A stretch of DNA of 64,000 nucleotides from Camelus dromedarius (lineage: Eukaryota). Under the pieces are notes generated by a model that searched no databases, was not told the origin of the DNA, and saw only the letters and a program-made list of their open reading frames with translations. Numbering within the stretch: position 1 is the first letter of the stretch; each line of letters starts with the position of its first letter. The stretch lies in the NCBI RefSeq assembly GCF_036321535.1, contig NC_087472.1:92258001-92322000 (forward strand), given 5' to 3'. Shown piece by piece: positions 14,916-30,312 of this stretch. Made by a program: the position numbers and the translations under genes.

Positions 14916-15662
14916 AACCTTAACATATGCAAACTTTTAAAGACATCATTTAGGAGGATGGAAGATCCCAGGATGGAATGAGGAATGTGGTAAAATAACC
15001 TGACTATACTACAAATGAGTGAGACAACCTCACTGAAGGGGATAGGAGGAAATGAGCAGAGTGTGTAAGACTAAAGGCAAGAGAAACTATATAAACACTG
15101 TACTCTAGTTGATAAAGTTGTTTCTCATAGGCGTACAGGTCAAAAGTTCTGATCTCATTACATACTTATATTGGATGTAAACAACTAAGATGGTGAGAAC
15201 CAGGTTTCTCACTATTGGATGGGAAAGTTACAGATAAGGAAGGAGAAGAAGCTAGAATGATACATATGGTAATGGATTAGAGACATAAGTATGAACTCAT
15301 CTTTAGTTCAATATAGAGACAGATGGTTACATACAGAGATAACCCTAGATATGTATATATATACCTGGGTTAGTATACACATATTTCTTTGCTCTGTCAA
15401 CTGAGAGGTCTTAGAAACAACTATACTTCATTAGCAATGAGTACTGTCAATGCCCAGATCTTAGTTTCTAGTACCATTCTCTAACAAAAAGGAAAAGAGC
15501 TCTTTGGAAGAAATAGTTGATTCTAGGACTAGGGCAGAAGATACATAAGCTGATCCTGAAGCATCCTGTAGGGTCTGAAAATAAAGAAACACACACACAC
15601 ACATACACACACAATGACAGGAGTGTGTCAAAGAGACAAAGAAATCAACTAAAAGAGCTCCA

Positions 15663-15725
15663 TTATGCTGTACACCAGAAACTGACACATTGTGACTGAC
15701 TATACTTCAATAAAATTTTTTTTAA
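15663..15725 (+). mobile_element. Extremely truncated L1 3' end (different subfamily) with TSD
   Basis: tgctgtacaccagaaactgacacattgtgactgactatacttcaataaaa, flanked by aaaagagctcca at 15651-15662 and 15726-15737. Confidence 0.8.
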
Positions 15726-18700
15726 AAAAGAGCTCCAAAGGTCCAAAGTTGGAACAATTTGAGCAACAAAATAAATAAGGTGATATTAGATATAAATCAA
15801 AGTATAAAAGAAATATCCATGAGTCCATACTGATACAGATAAATGACTGAATAAGTAAATGTGGAAAAATAGATATATGTCCCATGCAGAAGAATTTCAA
15901 ATAATTTATGTAGATATTCTGCCTTCAAAGAGGTGAGGGCATAACTTCTCAATCCTTAAGTGTGGACTACAGATGGTGACTTCTTTCCAAAGAGTGCAAT
16001 AAGGAAAACAGAGAAAAAGAGTAATTTCGCAGTGGCAAAATCTGACAAACACTACCAGGTGATGAATGCCAACACCAACAGCAATGTCATGTTGATAGTA
16101 CACTATGTTGTGACTTTACCTCCGTGGTCTTCCAAGAGCTTATAATCTAAGCCTAATCATGAGAAAAACATCAAACAAATCACAACTGAAGGACATTCTA
16201 CAAAATAAGTACTACTTAAAATTACCAAGATTATCAAAAACAAGAGAAGTCAGAAACAGGGACAGCTAAAAGGAACCTAAGGAGACACAACAACTAAATG
16301 TGACCCTGGAACAGAAAAAAAAAAAAAGACATTAGGTAAAAACTAAGAAAGGATGAAAATACTAAGGAAATGTGAATAAAATATGGACTTTAGTTAATAA
16401 TAATACAGCAATATTAGTTCATTAATTGTAACAAATGTACCATATTAGTATTAGATCCTAATAATAGGGGAAAATGGGTGTGGGGTATATGGAATCTCTG
16501 CCTACTATCTGTCTGACTTTTTCTGTAAGTGTAAAACTATTCTAAAGTAAAATGTTTACTAAAAGAGAGACATTGTCCTTAACCCTGAGGAGCTCATGTT
16601 CATGTGGAATAAGAGGAGTGTAAACAAATAGTTATTATGATGCAACGTGGTAAGTGGGGTTCTCTGAAGACATGAAGAACTAACTACAAGCTTCAGAACA
16701 GAGGTAACATTTTAGCTGGGCTTTGAAAAAAGAGTAAGAATTGGCACTGTAATAATGTGGAATAAAAAGCATTCCAGAGGGAGCACACAAGGGTTCAGAG
16801 GGAGGATATTTGGAGAAAAAGAGCAAAACAGTATGGCTGAAGCTTAGAGAAGAGGGTGGAGGCTACGGATAATGCTGAAACATTTCACATTTAATTTTTT
16901 TTAATGTTTAAAGTATACCAAAAGTGCAAAGTAGGTTCATTGTTTATTTCACTTGATCTGTTCTCCTAAACCACTACTTCACTTAAATAGGCACATACAC
17001 TTAATAAACGAAGGATCTCCATAAAAGGCTACCATACTGCCTGCACAATGCCACTTTACTTATCCAGATATTCCTTTTTCTCCTCACATATAGGCTTCCT
17101 TTTTTATTTTAAAAAAATATTCTAACATACTTCAATTTTTTTTTATTATCAGCTAAGGCAGATTCACTAAAACTAAATGATATCATGCTTTGCTTAAGAT
17201 TTACATTAAGTATAATATAATCATGATATGCAGAAAACCAAGATACAAAACAGTGACTTATTATCATCCAAAGAAATGCCCACCTTTGTTGCTTTACTGA
17301 GAGATACAACTCCTTGGATCCTAGGAATTTTTCTTTGATTTGGCCACAGGCAAAGTAAACGAGCCATAGTGTTACTCTATTTAAAGCAATGTTATGCATA
17401 AATTTATCTTGTCAACAGACTTCTTGTTAAAACCTAAAGTGCATTTTAATACATATTATTTTTAACTCTTCGGTATGCAGCTCTCTGATTTATCCAAAAT
17501 TTCACATATAATCAAATTTTGCTTTATATTTTATGTTCCCAAATCAACATCACAGGTAGATCCACTTAAGTTAGAGGAGTAGTATTCATAAGACTACTAT
17601 TCATAATATTCAGTTGGATGAAAACTTTTACTAACTTCCTCTTGGATATCAAGAAATAATTATTCCTCATTTTCATATAAAGAAAAGGAGATATTTTTAG
17701 AGAAATGAATGTAGGAAAATATAATAGCTCTGGCTAACATTTAGGAGAAAACAATTCTACTATTGATTATACAAAATAGCTTCATTTATGTCATTTTACC
17801 ATTTGAGACACAGTTTCCAGTCTCCAGGAAATTGTTTTCCAATCACCTCTTACTTGACAATATTTTAGTATCCTAGTGTTTCTAGAAAGGGGAAAGGTGT
17901 GCTTACCTAGGATTAGTTCTACACGCCAAAGAATAAAGACTAGAAGTGCATTCTATTTTCTTTTCAGAATATTTTTTTCATTATATTTTTAAATTCCTTT
18001 GTCTCAATGCTTACTCCTTGAAAAGCTACTTCAGTATAGGTTAAGAGCAAAAAAGAAATACTAAAAAATTCAATATTTTTTGCAAAGAAAATCCAAGTAT
18101 AGACAGTTATGCCTTTCACTGTTCCATTAAACAGATAGGGAGTGATAAAAGTGTTAGTTTAATTTTCTATACAGAAACTTATTACATGCAGCAAAACTGA
18201 AAATCAAACTACTGTAAATCATACACATTGGTACATAAACCATGACTGAATGTGTGTTTACTATTCAAGTGTATCATGTATTGCTAGTGTCAGTTTTTTT
18301 ACTTCGTCTAATATATATCAAAACCATTACGAAAGAGTACCTTATTTATTTATGTTTTTTTCAATCAGAATAATTAGGATCCATCAAACAAATTTCATGA
18401 AATCAGATTTGGTGTTTAAGTCAAAATATATCACAATTTCAAGATTTAATGATGATTATTACAAGATGAAGGTGATTATCACAAAACAATTTTCATATAC
18501 AGGAAAACCACTTTAAGTGAATCAATGAACAAATGAAAATCTCTTTAAAGTATCTGATATCCTTTTCATACTTATATACATATATGTTTCATTAAAAATG
18601 ATTGTAGAAAGTCACTGAAAAGAATCTCTCTTAATGAGAATAATGTGTTTAACTATCTAACGTTGCTCTTAATTCCCACCCTGAATTTTCCTCTTGGAAC

Positions 18701-19504
18701 CACCTTTAGAGAAGCATGGTATAAGGTAAAGCAAAGCATGAATGCAATCTTACATGACACAAAAATAACAACAACGATGCCATTTGGATATAATCCTATA
18801 TTTTGCAAATTGATTTCACATATAGTACCTTACCTCATTCAATCCTTGCAAAGACCTTATTGAAATAAACAAGGTAAACTTTTTGATCACCATTTTATAC
18901 ATGAGGAAACTAATATTCTCAACGTTGTGGTGACTCAAAGTCATGTGACTAGTGAGCTGTAGATTCCTGATTACAGGCAGTGTTCTGAATCTTGTTCTCA
19001 TGCCCTTCTACCTTAGCCCCCAGATACGGGAATGAGTCCATGCATTGCATCTCACATAGTTATTCAATTATTGCATCTGAAGTTTTGTTATATTCAAGCT
19101 CATGAGAACACAGATATCAGAGTCATAGAGTGGTAAGTGAATTTAAAAAGTAATTTTTCTAATTTGGAGCAAGACAGGAAGACAGGTAGATTTCACATAT
19201 TCCATTTCAACACTCTAGAAAATGTTTCTAAAAATGACACCACTACCAAATATAAGCATGACTTTCTGAAATCGTAAACTCATTTATTCAAGTACTTTTA
19301 AAAGCTAACATTTCTATAATCCCCTAAGCATATTTTCTTTAATTTTTCAAATGCATTTCAACGAAAGATGATTTAAAAGCAAGGTGGAATAAATTTCATC
19401 TATAGAAATCCACTTAGCATTTGGCTAAGTACGTCTTTCATCACAAAGATTAAAAAAAATCAATATGTGGCACAAAAATTAAACTTAAAATGGTAGTTTC
19501 ATTA

Positions 19505-19690
<186 letters not shown>

Positions 19691-22212
19691 CTACATGAAG
19701 AACATAAAAATTTTATACTGCATATAGTAACTTAAAAATAAAGTAATATTTTAAATTACTAAACTAAAAGCTTATAAGGATATGTTTTAAAAGGGCTAAA
19801 GTGTCTGGAATTAATACTAAAGATTTTCAAACCTTCTCCACATCTCCAGGAAATCAACTACCTCAATTTGAAAAAAGTACTTTCAGCAAGAGTCACTTTA
19901 TTAAATTCTAAGGTTAGTGACTCTAAATCAGATATGTATTGATTTACTAAATATAAGAAAAGGAACATTGGGTAAGATTACTCTGGATATCATTTTTAGA
20001 AGCAAATGCTCTACATTTGATGATCATGAAATTAACCACATTGATATTGATAGCATAAAATATAAAATGATTTTTTGTGGAAAGTAGAAAAATTAAACCT
20101 ATAAAGGAAAATACTTTAATTCAACACTTTAAATCTTTTAATGTTGCATTTAGAAATAATTCAATCTCTTCATAACATATATATTCTACAATCCATGAAA
20201 GAAACGGCTACCATTTATAGGCAATGTGTTTATAGTCTTACAAATACTGATTTTCATTATTGATAGGTGTATCAAATTGTGGTCTCTGATTTAAACTTTG
20301 GATTATAATGATGTTGGCTCAGGAGGTTTCTGTTTTTGCCAAGAAGAAGTCCATTTCCTCTAGCCAGATTTGAAATCAATGGAATGAGAATAAAATAGCT
20401 TTAAACCCTTTAACACTATTCAGAGATAATATTATATTTTTAAGAAATTTATTGCCAAATCAAATTTATGCAGATAGTTATTTTGAGTATGTGTCTCAAT
20501 GCCTGTGTACAATTAGGGGACAGTTATCTGGTTATAGCAGAACAAAATATATATTTAACATCCTTATGTTGGTTGCATAAATTATGTGATGAATGTATGG
20601 AATATATATTCCCTTGACTATGGAAAAATATTCTAAATAGTTAAAAAAAACTTTTAAATTCCATATATACTGCATCTCCACTCATCACTTCACTAATTAT
20701 GGTCTTTATATATGAAGGTCACAATGACTGGGGTGACAGTGGAAACATGACTAAAGGACCAATATTAGGTCAGCCATTTAAGAAAATTGAGTGTATGACT
20801 CTGCAGGTGTGTGTGTGTATCTGTGTATGTGTGTGTGGTCTCTAGTATTTCAGCAAATTTTGAGATATTATTTGTAAAAAGTGAGAAAAAGTGCATGACT
20901 CTTAAGATCAACTTACTAGCAAACAGTCAAGAAACTGTATCTAGAAGCTGAATGTACACTTATGAGTACTAGTAAAAAATATTTGTTCTTCAAGACCTTG
21001 GGTCAAACTTCCCTAATACCTCTTCCCTTAGAGGAGATCATCAGGGCTTGCTTAGAGGCTGCCTGTGGAAAGCAGGCAAACCACAGAATCAGGGTAAGAA
21101 ATACTCATACAATTAAAAACAGTAAAAGATAAAATTCATCTGCACAGGAACAAAAACAGTAGGACTAATATTTAAGGGCTATTTAACACTGTCAAAGATA
21201 GAAATCCAAGGGAAAAGTAAAAAACATTTCAACAGTTCCCTGGATGTTCGGAATACTCCATTGTTGACAGCAAGAATCAAAATTAAGTCATTTAGAAAAG
21301 GGCACTGCTAATACTGGAAAAATCCCTTAAAATTGTTAAAGATTTCTTTCGTGTTTCATTTCTGACAAGTTTTGAATTCATAAGCTATCAGTCACTCATG
21401 AGGGTCACACTCTGTATACTGATATTTGTGGATCTAGCTATTAAGAGGTCCAGCTTCCTAAATTCCCACTGCCAGTGAATTGGACAAAGCAAAGTTTACA
21501 ATAGGAATCTTCAAAGCAAGGATAAAATATTCCCGGCAAATGTTCATAGCATCTATATTGCATTTTCCTGAGTACATTCAATAACAAAAATATCTTTTGA
21601 TATAAATAAGTTGAAGAATATGTTCAAATCTTGAAATTCAGTGAAAGTCATTGATGTGACAGGAAGAACAGTGTTTGATAATTCCGCTTAAGCCTAAAGT
21701 TTCTTTTGGTTTTTAGAAGTTAATCTAACACTATTTTATAATGTTATAAATTTTCATCAGATTTTAAAAAACATGTATGCTTTTATATGAAACAGATTAG
21801 AATATGCACAAAGCTACTTCCATCAAACAGAATATTTCAATAAAACTAGTGTACCATTTTATCACAGAAGCTAGTCAATCCATTCTCTACTTGACTGGGG
21901 ACATTTTGGACTGCTTATATAAAGAGTTTTGAAATGAATGCTTAATATATTTTAGTTCCTGAAAATATCACCACAGATTTTAATAGACTTGAAAGAATTA
22001 TCTGCATAAACTAGAAACAAACATTAACGCAACAGCTTATTAAAGTGGACTAACAATACAAATATTAACTAGCATTTATCAAAGCTACTGGTTTAAAAAC
22101 TTATAATGACCAGCACAACTTGCTGTATTTTAGGAAGGCAGAAGTGAACTATATCACACTCATTTAAATGTTTTAATCAAACTTGTCCTAGAATAAGATA
22201 CATATTAATCTA

Positions 22213-22506
<294 letters not shown>

Positions 22507-23714
22507 TCACTCAAAAAGAGGGAGAAAAAGAGAGAGAGAGGGAGAGCAGGACAAAAACTCTATTGATTAAATCATGTTATGTTATCATGGCTTATTCCAC
22601 AGGGCTCTATCTTGCCATCCAGCTAAACCACACTTGGTTCTGTTAAACCATTTGTATATTTTTCATATGCTAGGGAAGAAAAGCTTTATATTATATTCAG
22701 GTTTTGTTTGAAAATATGTTTAATAGAGATTTTTGTATCTAGAAAATAAAAGTAATAAAGGAAAACTTAAGTCAAGAAAAAGAAGTCAAGCCTGGGTATA
22801 ATTGTGCTAAAATTGTTAAACTCAACAGAGAAGTAGAAAAATGTAACTGACCTATTAAGCATAATGGAAGGATGGCTCAATTTACACAATACTTACTGGT
22901 TGTCTTGATAAGAGAAGAGATTTTCAATGAGTCTGGGTAGAAAACACTCTTGGATAAAAGTAGTGCTAAGTTACTATCTTTACAGATCTATATTCATTTG
23001 GGATCTGCAGTCCAGGTTGTGAGACAGGATAAACATAGTAATACATTATGTAAGGACAACACCATCCTGATAGACAAATTCTACAGAATCAATTCATTGG
23101 ATTAGCATCTCATTTTACTCCCCGCTAGTTCCTAATCGGGTTTGTAATGGAATACATGAGAAGAGAAATCGTGTTTAGAAATCTCTTTGAAAGAGTGGGA
23201 CCAAAGGAAGTTTGCCTATAAATTGTACAATTTTTCTTTGCTAATTTGTCTCCGGACATTCAATGAACAGTAATAATGTGAAAGGCTTTGTGCAAGCATT
23301 AAGAATAAAGAGAAGAATAAAATATCAGATTCAAGGTTTTCTAGAGAACTCTTCTTTTAAGAGCCCAGTGGCTTCCATATGTACATGGCCATCAAAGTCC
23401 CAGACTTGAGTTTTACTGCTCACTATCTCTACAACTTAGGGCAACTTATTTAATCCCTCTGAACCTCTCAGGTGGTGAGCAGAGACATTTGTCTAAGTAC
23501 TAAATGTGATACTAAATCAAAATTTGCTTGGCCTTACCTAGGTGCTCAGTAATGTTGGTTCCTCTCTGCTCTGAATTGGTGCACATGGACCAGAGCCCCC
23601 AAGTCCTACTCCTTATTCAGCCAAGATACTTTGATGTTTAAGCAGCAACTTGATTTAGATTCTTGCTTTTTTAATGCTAATATGACATGATTAGAATGGC
23701 CAGAAAATAGCTAG

Positions 23715-24545
23715 GTTAGTAATGACATAATAAAAATATATATTTGGTCTTTTTTCCAGGTTCCGGTAAGAGATCTCCTAAAACTCTCAGAATCTCCTAA
23801 GTGGTATTTCTTGTATATTATTCATAAGGGATCCCTTTTGATCATACCTGAGTTTATGCTAATGAGTTAACTTAGGGTGGAGCTTCTAAATAGTCTCAGA
23901 ATGGGGTTGGTCACCAGAAAGACCAAGGGATCAGAGAGTTAGAATTTTCAGCCCCACCCCCCTGAAATTCCAGGAAAGGGGAAGACATTGGAGACTGAGC
24001 TCCATAAAAGCTCTTGAACCAAAAGCCTTGCTTAGCTTCAGGATTAATGAATACATGGAGGTCCTGGGAGGGTGGAGCATCTGGTGAGAGCATGGAAGCT
24101 CTGTGCCTTGTCCCCCAGACCTTGCACACTTCTTACATCTGGCTGTTCATTTGTGTCCTTTGAAATATCCTTTGTAAATCATCAACAGTAAGTAAACTAT
24201 TTTCCTGAGATCTATGAGCCATTCTAACAAATGATACAATCAGAGGAGGGGGTCGTGGGAATCTCTGGTTTACAGCTGGTCAGTCAGAAGCATAGGTGAC
24301 AACCTGGACTTACAACTGGTATGTGAATTGTGTGTGTGTCAGAAGGTTGGAGTAGGGGCGGTTGTGTAGGATTCAGCCCTTAACCTGTGGGATCTGATGC
24401 TAAGTCCAGGTACATAGTGTCAGAACTGAATGGAATTGTAAGACATCCAGCTGGTGTTGAAGAACTGCTTGGTGCGGGAAAAACCCCACATATCTGGTGT
24501 GAGAAGAGTTAAGAGGAGAGGAGAAAAACAGAGTTTTCCATTACT
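23715..24545 (+). mobile_element. MER21-like LTR
   Basis: ctcctaaaactct..ggtcaccagaaagaccaag..gaggtcctgggagggtgg..gagagcatggaagctctgtgcc..cccttaacctgtgggatctgatgcta..ggaaaaaccccacatatctggtg. Confidence 0.8.
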
Positions 24546-24699
24546 GTTAGTTATTCAGCTTTATATTGAGTAAGAAAGAAAATTTCCACAAGTTATAATT
24601 TAGAACAATCGAATGTAGATTTCTCTGGCTTCGTATAATAGGTAGTCTGCAAGTGTATCTAAAATACTTAACAGGTGAAGTAATTAACCATTAAACAAT

Positions 24700-25480
24700 G
24701 TCAAACAGTAACCTGAAAAAAGTCTTAAAAGAAAGTGCTCAGTTCCTCACAATCCAGAAGTGACTCACAAGTAAATAGCTGAAATTCAATGTGCTAAGTA
24801 CTACAAAGGGGTATGTTTGACCACAGTAGTGTCAAAGAAAGAAACAAACAGACTTCATAAATTCTGATACCTGGTTATCTTAAAAAATGAGTAAGAATTT
24901 TGCAGTTTTTAAGAAAGGCTATTTCAGAGAACAGTATGCACAAAGGCTTGAAGGCATTAAACAACTTGGCATGTTTGAGGAATTGCAAATAATCTGGGGT
25001 GGCTCGATTATAAAGTAGTTATCAAGGAATAGCAGGAACTGAGACTGGAGAGGTGGGCAGGAGCCAGGCTGAACGTCATGTAAAACCACTGTAAAGAGTT
25101 TGGACTTCACACTGGGAAATGATGACATTTGGATTTTGGGAAGATTTTTCTGATTGCAGTGAGAAAACTGGATTGGATTGAAAGGAGGACTAAGAGCAGT
25201 GAGACAAATTAGAAAGCAACTGCATTCATTCAGGGAAAAAATGGCAACTCCAACAAAGGCAATGCCCACTGAGCTGGAAAGGAGGGATCACATTCAAAAT
25301 ACATTTAAGATATAGAATCACTGTGACACTGAAGAAGCAAAGGAAAGAGAGAGGCATACAAGATGATAAAGATTTTTTTTCTCAGATGAATTATATGAAA
25401 GGTAGAGTCAACTTTCAGCATGGAAAATACTGAAAAAGAAACAGCTTTGAAAGGAAAGAAACTGGCAAATTTTAGCTTGA
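24700..25480. mobile_element. L2-like ancient LINE fragment
   Basis: Degenerate cagtatgcacaaaggc.tgaaggc..ttggcatgtttgaggaa..aaagagtttggactt..gattgcagtgagaaaactggattgg motifs. Confidence 0.55.
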
Positions 25481-27378
25481 GCTTCACACTCAAGAGGGAA
25501 AAAAAAATCCTCTTTGGGTCTGCCAGCAATATTGCTAGTGCATTATTTATTTATTTCACTCCAGTACAGACTAGAGTGTGCTCTTCCCAGGCTCATTTCA
25601 AGACAATTTTTTGCAGGAAAAATAATTAAGTTAAGCTATTAACTACCTTAGGATACACTCAAATGGGTCTTAAGAAAATATTCAGGTTTTAGAAAAATAC
25701 TGGTATTTGCACAACACATTAGAAATCTTAAAGAACAGACTTTTCTCAGACGTAGATCGGTGAATTCTAATTTTGAACCTTCCACATAAATCTTTTAAAT
25801 TCAAGAGTCTTCGGTTTTCTTTCTCATCAAACTACTGATTACTGTTGTCGGCTTTCCCACCCCTCCTTGTATCAAATATCAGGCCTTATTTTCTACAGGC
25901 ACTTGAGAGAAGAGTAAGATCTCTAAAGGCCAACTACAGAGATTCAGATACCAGCCCAATCACTCATTACTTCTGAAATGAGGGAAAGTTACTTGACTCC
26001 TTAGGCTTCCATTTCCTTATTTGTACAAGGAGAAAATAACATTAAAGACCTCATAGGTTGTTGCAGGAATCAAGCATGTTAAAATACTTAAAGAGCTCAG
26101 AACAGTGTCAGTCTTCTAGCGAGTACTCCCCAAATGTTAGAGCTTATTATCAGTACTGTGTCCCTTTTCCCTACTTCCTTTAACTTTCCATTTTACAGTA
26201 AGGCTAAACAGTGTTTGTTTAGAAGGTGGGTTAAATAGACAATATGACCATGACAATGGCTTCAGTTTTTGGTGCTTAGTAAGTGTGAAGCACAAGACTC
26301 TAGATAGGTCCTTATATTTATCATCTGGGATATCTGATTGGACTGGACAAGAATGAGGAAAGTTGAAGAAAAATATGGACTCATCATCTCAGGCAGTCTC
26401 TCCTGCTCTTCTATAAATGCAACTGACCCCTCATTTTCAGAAAGTGGCTTCAGATGAGCACACTTAGGTGTTCTTATTTTCTTGTCTTTCATTCCCCAGC
26501 TTTGCGTGGTGACTGCTGATTTACAACCGTCTGGTAATGTCTGGAATTCCAGACTCCCCAGGATAGCACTATTTTCAAATTACTTTTGATGTTTTAATAC
26601 TTGTTTACTGTTTCTGTTCATCAGGTGGTGATTTAAAAAGCTAAAAATAAAGCAGCATCCACTGAGTACTATAGTCCTATTTACCGAGAAAAGCTAACAG
26701 GAAGCAAGCAACTTATGACCCGTTAATAAACATATGATCCCCCTGAGAAGAATGACACACTCTCAAAGTAAAGAGTCCCATCCGCCACCATCAAATTTGC
26801 GGCATGACTGCCATGGTGCTGTGGCTCTCTGCAGTCAGGAAAACATGGTAGAATGGGGTAGATGGGTTAAGAATGCTCCTCCAGGATTTATGATAAAAAT
26901 TATCAGCACACATGTACTCAGCTTCTACTGTTTATAACAGATGAGTTGTCATCTAGGCAAAAAGTTAAATCATTACTGCCAGTTCCAATGTTCATAAAAT
27001 GGCTAGAGAGCAAGGATATGTATGTATATGGCGAAAACAGTTGCTCTTACCTGAGAGTCAATACTCATTTTTTTTCCAGTGAAGAAATAATAATACGATT
27101 TTTTTTAAAGTCTAGTTTCCTCTGGCCAAAGGTGACTCTGCAGTACACACCACATACACAAAATGTATTGTACAAACAACTTGGATGGATTTACTTCTTT
27201 CAACTTCCTGAGGTTACAGCAAAGGGACCCAAAGCCTGAAGAAGTCAATGGTTTGTCAAAGTTCTACTATCTAATTGGTGGCAGAGATGGAATTAGAATT
27301 CATATATCCTAACTTCTAATTCATTGGTCTCTTCTATATGCTACTGGAGGTAAGTAGTGTTGGGTTAGCACACATAAA

Positions 27379-27379
27379 C

Positions 27380-27442
<63 letters not shown>

Positions 27443-27452
27443 AGAGAGAGCG
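27379..27452. repeat. Compound (TA)n(GA)n microsatellite
   Basis: Direct inspection. Confidence 0.95.
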
Positions 27453-29717
27453 CATTGTTTACAATGAAAGAAAGTTAACTACTCTTAGCCCCTGATTCTA
27501 TATTATTTTTAATATTATTTATATTATTTTACATTCTAGAATAGACGTCTACTGGAGAAAGGGAAAATATGCTCTATCTTGGATTTCTTTGAAAATGTAG
27601 GTCCTTAAAGTTCCCCCAATTCTCTAAGGACTGAAAGGAAGCAAGCAGCAGGTCTTAACGAAATACCACAGTTTCTTCAGCTCTTTCTACTATATACTTT
27701 CTACATACATACTGATTCTTGTAAAAGGATTGGCTTCTGAAAGGACTGGCTTAGGGTTCTGCCTTATAAAAGAGAAAGAAATCTGACCTTAAATCCAGTG
27801 CAAGTACTAGGGACTAACAGATATTTTTGGATATAATCAAGAAGCAAATCCATGACAGAAAAAAATATTAAAATGCCTTCTGTAAGTACAGTCTCTGGAA
27901 ATCAAGACAGCGCACTGAAGTTCTCCACAGGTTCCTTAGCAATGTGCTATTTTGAGATAGAGAAAGGCTCTGAATTGGCATGCATGGGAGCTACCAGAGA
28001 TTTTTAAATTTATCTTTTAAAGGATGACAACATTGCACAACTACAGATGGAGGAGTCGAAATTTGGGGAGTGCAGTCAGGAGGTAAGAAAGAAAAATATG
28101 TGTGAGAAGCGAAATTTTGTATATTACTTGATTAGCTGATTGAGCAGCATAAAAGCCATGTTATGCCATACCTAAGGGTAGCACAGTTTCAATTATTCTG
28201 TAATCATACCCACTATGCACATTAATGCATAGGATTCAGTGTCTCTCCACTCACAGAATTACCAGTAACACGATTGTTGAATATATCCTCTAATGGTAGC
28301 GTCACTAAACACTTGACCTGTGTATTATGTTAATTTTCAGGTATCTAGGGGAAATAATATTTCCATAATGCTTGGAATTCTTTCCCCATCTTATGAAGTT
28401 CTGAGAAAGACAAGATCAATGATTTTTGAGAATTAAGTTGTTCTACATTTCTGTGTTCTATACAGTTTAACATTCACTGGTCCTTTTTCAAGTCATAATC
28501 TTTATAAATAATTTTTGTAAAAATAAAAGCATAGATTATTTTTGAAGTGTCACAAACATTTGGACACTCAAAGGTAGCATAGAGGGATGGCGGATCTGAA
28601 AGTTCAGTTACTATAGAAGGGAGCAGAACTCAACTGTCTGGAAGGTGGCTCCTTAACCATCAATTTGACTGTAGTGTTTAATGATTCATTGTGAAAATAA
28701 AGTGTTGGGAATCAAAAATGTCAGGGTTAGACTGTGGAGGGAACATTTCACAGTTAAGCCTTAAATGCACTTTGATAGTATATATCTAATCTTAAAGCCT
28801 TGCAATTTTTTCTATCTTTAAAATTTTTTTTCTATCAGTCTTAAAGGTGATGCCTGAAGCTATGTGTGGGGCTCCTCTGTTACATCTTATCTTTCTAATA
28901 CACACTATGCTTATAGCTACTGACACTAAATGTGAAACTTGTTTGGATTAGGTTTTCTTTTCAGAAGAGCTCTGGAGGATGTATTGATTTAACTGTGGTT
29001 GAAATCAGTCCTTGTAAAGATTAGAGTGAGAAAACTGAGCAATTGATAAGGCCTAAAAATGCCAGTTTATTGCCTTCTTGTTTGAAATTCTTCTTTTTTA
29101 AAAATTTAACTGGCAAATTGATCTATAATCAAATGATCTAATCTATGATCAAATTCATCCGTAATCTTCTGCTAACTAGAAATCCAAAATAATTATTTCC
29201 CTCTTTTTTGATGGAAAGTGACTTCTATAATTTTATCATTTAAAATTTTCTAGCCTAGTACTCCTGAAATATTAAACTTAAGGAGGCCTTGGTGTGGGAA
29301 ATTCTAGGCCAGTATTTCTCTGCTCAAGTTATTCTTGGGTACAAGCACTTCAAACTTCACCACTATAGACCCCAAGGTCTGCTTCCAGACTTTTTCTTGA
29401 GGGAGAGAGAAAGAGGGAGAGAGGGAGAGCGGAGGAGAGGGAGAGAAGGAGAAAGAGAGGGGAAAAGCATGTCACTGAAGGAAGCTGAGGCTCAGGACAT
29501 GAGCTCAAGGTCATATAAATCACAAATTTATTCAGGAATGTCTATGGCTGACCTACTCTATCGTTACCCATTTCATCCTTTATTTCCTTCATCACTATCA
29601 CAATTTGTAATTACCTGTTTTCATTTATTTTGCTGCCTCCTCTGTTAATATGTATCCTTCTCATAAAATGTAAAATAAGAAAGTTAGCTGTATGCTGTTT
29701 GAGTTCTTAAAGGCGTA

Positions 29718-30312
29718 TTTTTTAAACTGAGGTAAAAGTAACATAATACAAAATTAACCATTAACCATTTGAAAGTGCACAGTTGTAATTTTGTACATTC
29801 ATTATGTTGTGCAGCCCTCACCTTTATCTAATTCTAAGACAGTCTCATCATTCCAAAAGGAAACCCATACCTGTGAGCAATCACTCCCCATTTCCCCATC
29901 CCCACAGCCCTTGACAACCACCAATCTGCATTCTGTCTTTATAGATTTGCTTATTTGGAATACTTCACATAAAAGGAATCATACAACATGTGAACTTTTG
30001 CATCTGTTTTCTTTCACTTAGCATAACATGTTCAAGATTCATCCATGTTGTAGTATGTATCTATACTTCATTTCTTTTTTTGGCTAAACAATAGCCCATT
30101 GTATGGATATATCACATTTAGTTGATTTGCGCATAATCTGACGGACATTTGGATTTGTTTTCACATTTTGGCTATTGCAAATAATACAGCTATGAACATT
30201 CATGTACAAGAATTTCTTTGAGTCTCTTCTTTCAATAATTCTGGGTACCTATCTAGGAGTGAAAATGTTGAACCATATGGTTATTCTATGCTTAACTTCT
30301 TAACGAATCAGG
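29718..30312 (-). mobile_element. L1MB-like 3' fragment
   Basis: ttcacttagcataacatgttcaagattcatccatgttgtag..cattgtatggatatatcacatt..gctatgaacattcatgtacaag. Confidence 0.8.

Larger units (their letters stand above)
9735..16562 (+). mobile_element. Old, fragmented L1 (L1MC/L1MD-like) hosting several nested insertions
   Basis: A-rich degenerate 5' UTR/ORF1-like sequence (9735-10860), endonuclease-like ORF2 remnants (12150-13050), ORF2 3' part (13100-13720) and a long L1MC/MD-type 3' UTR (14940-16562). Boundaries are approximate. Confidence 0.75.
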
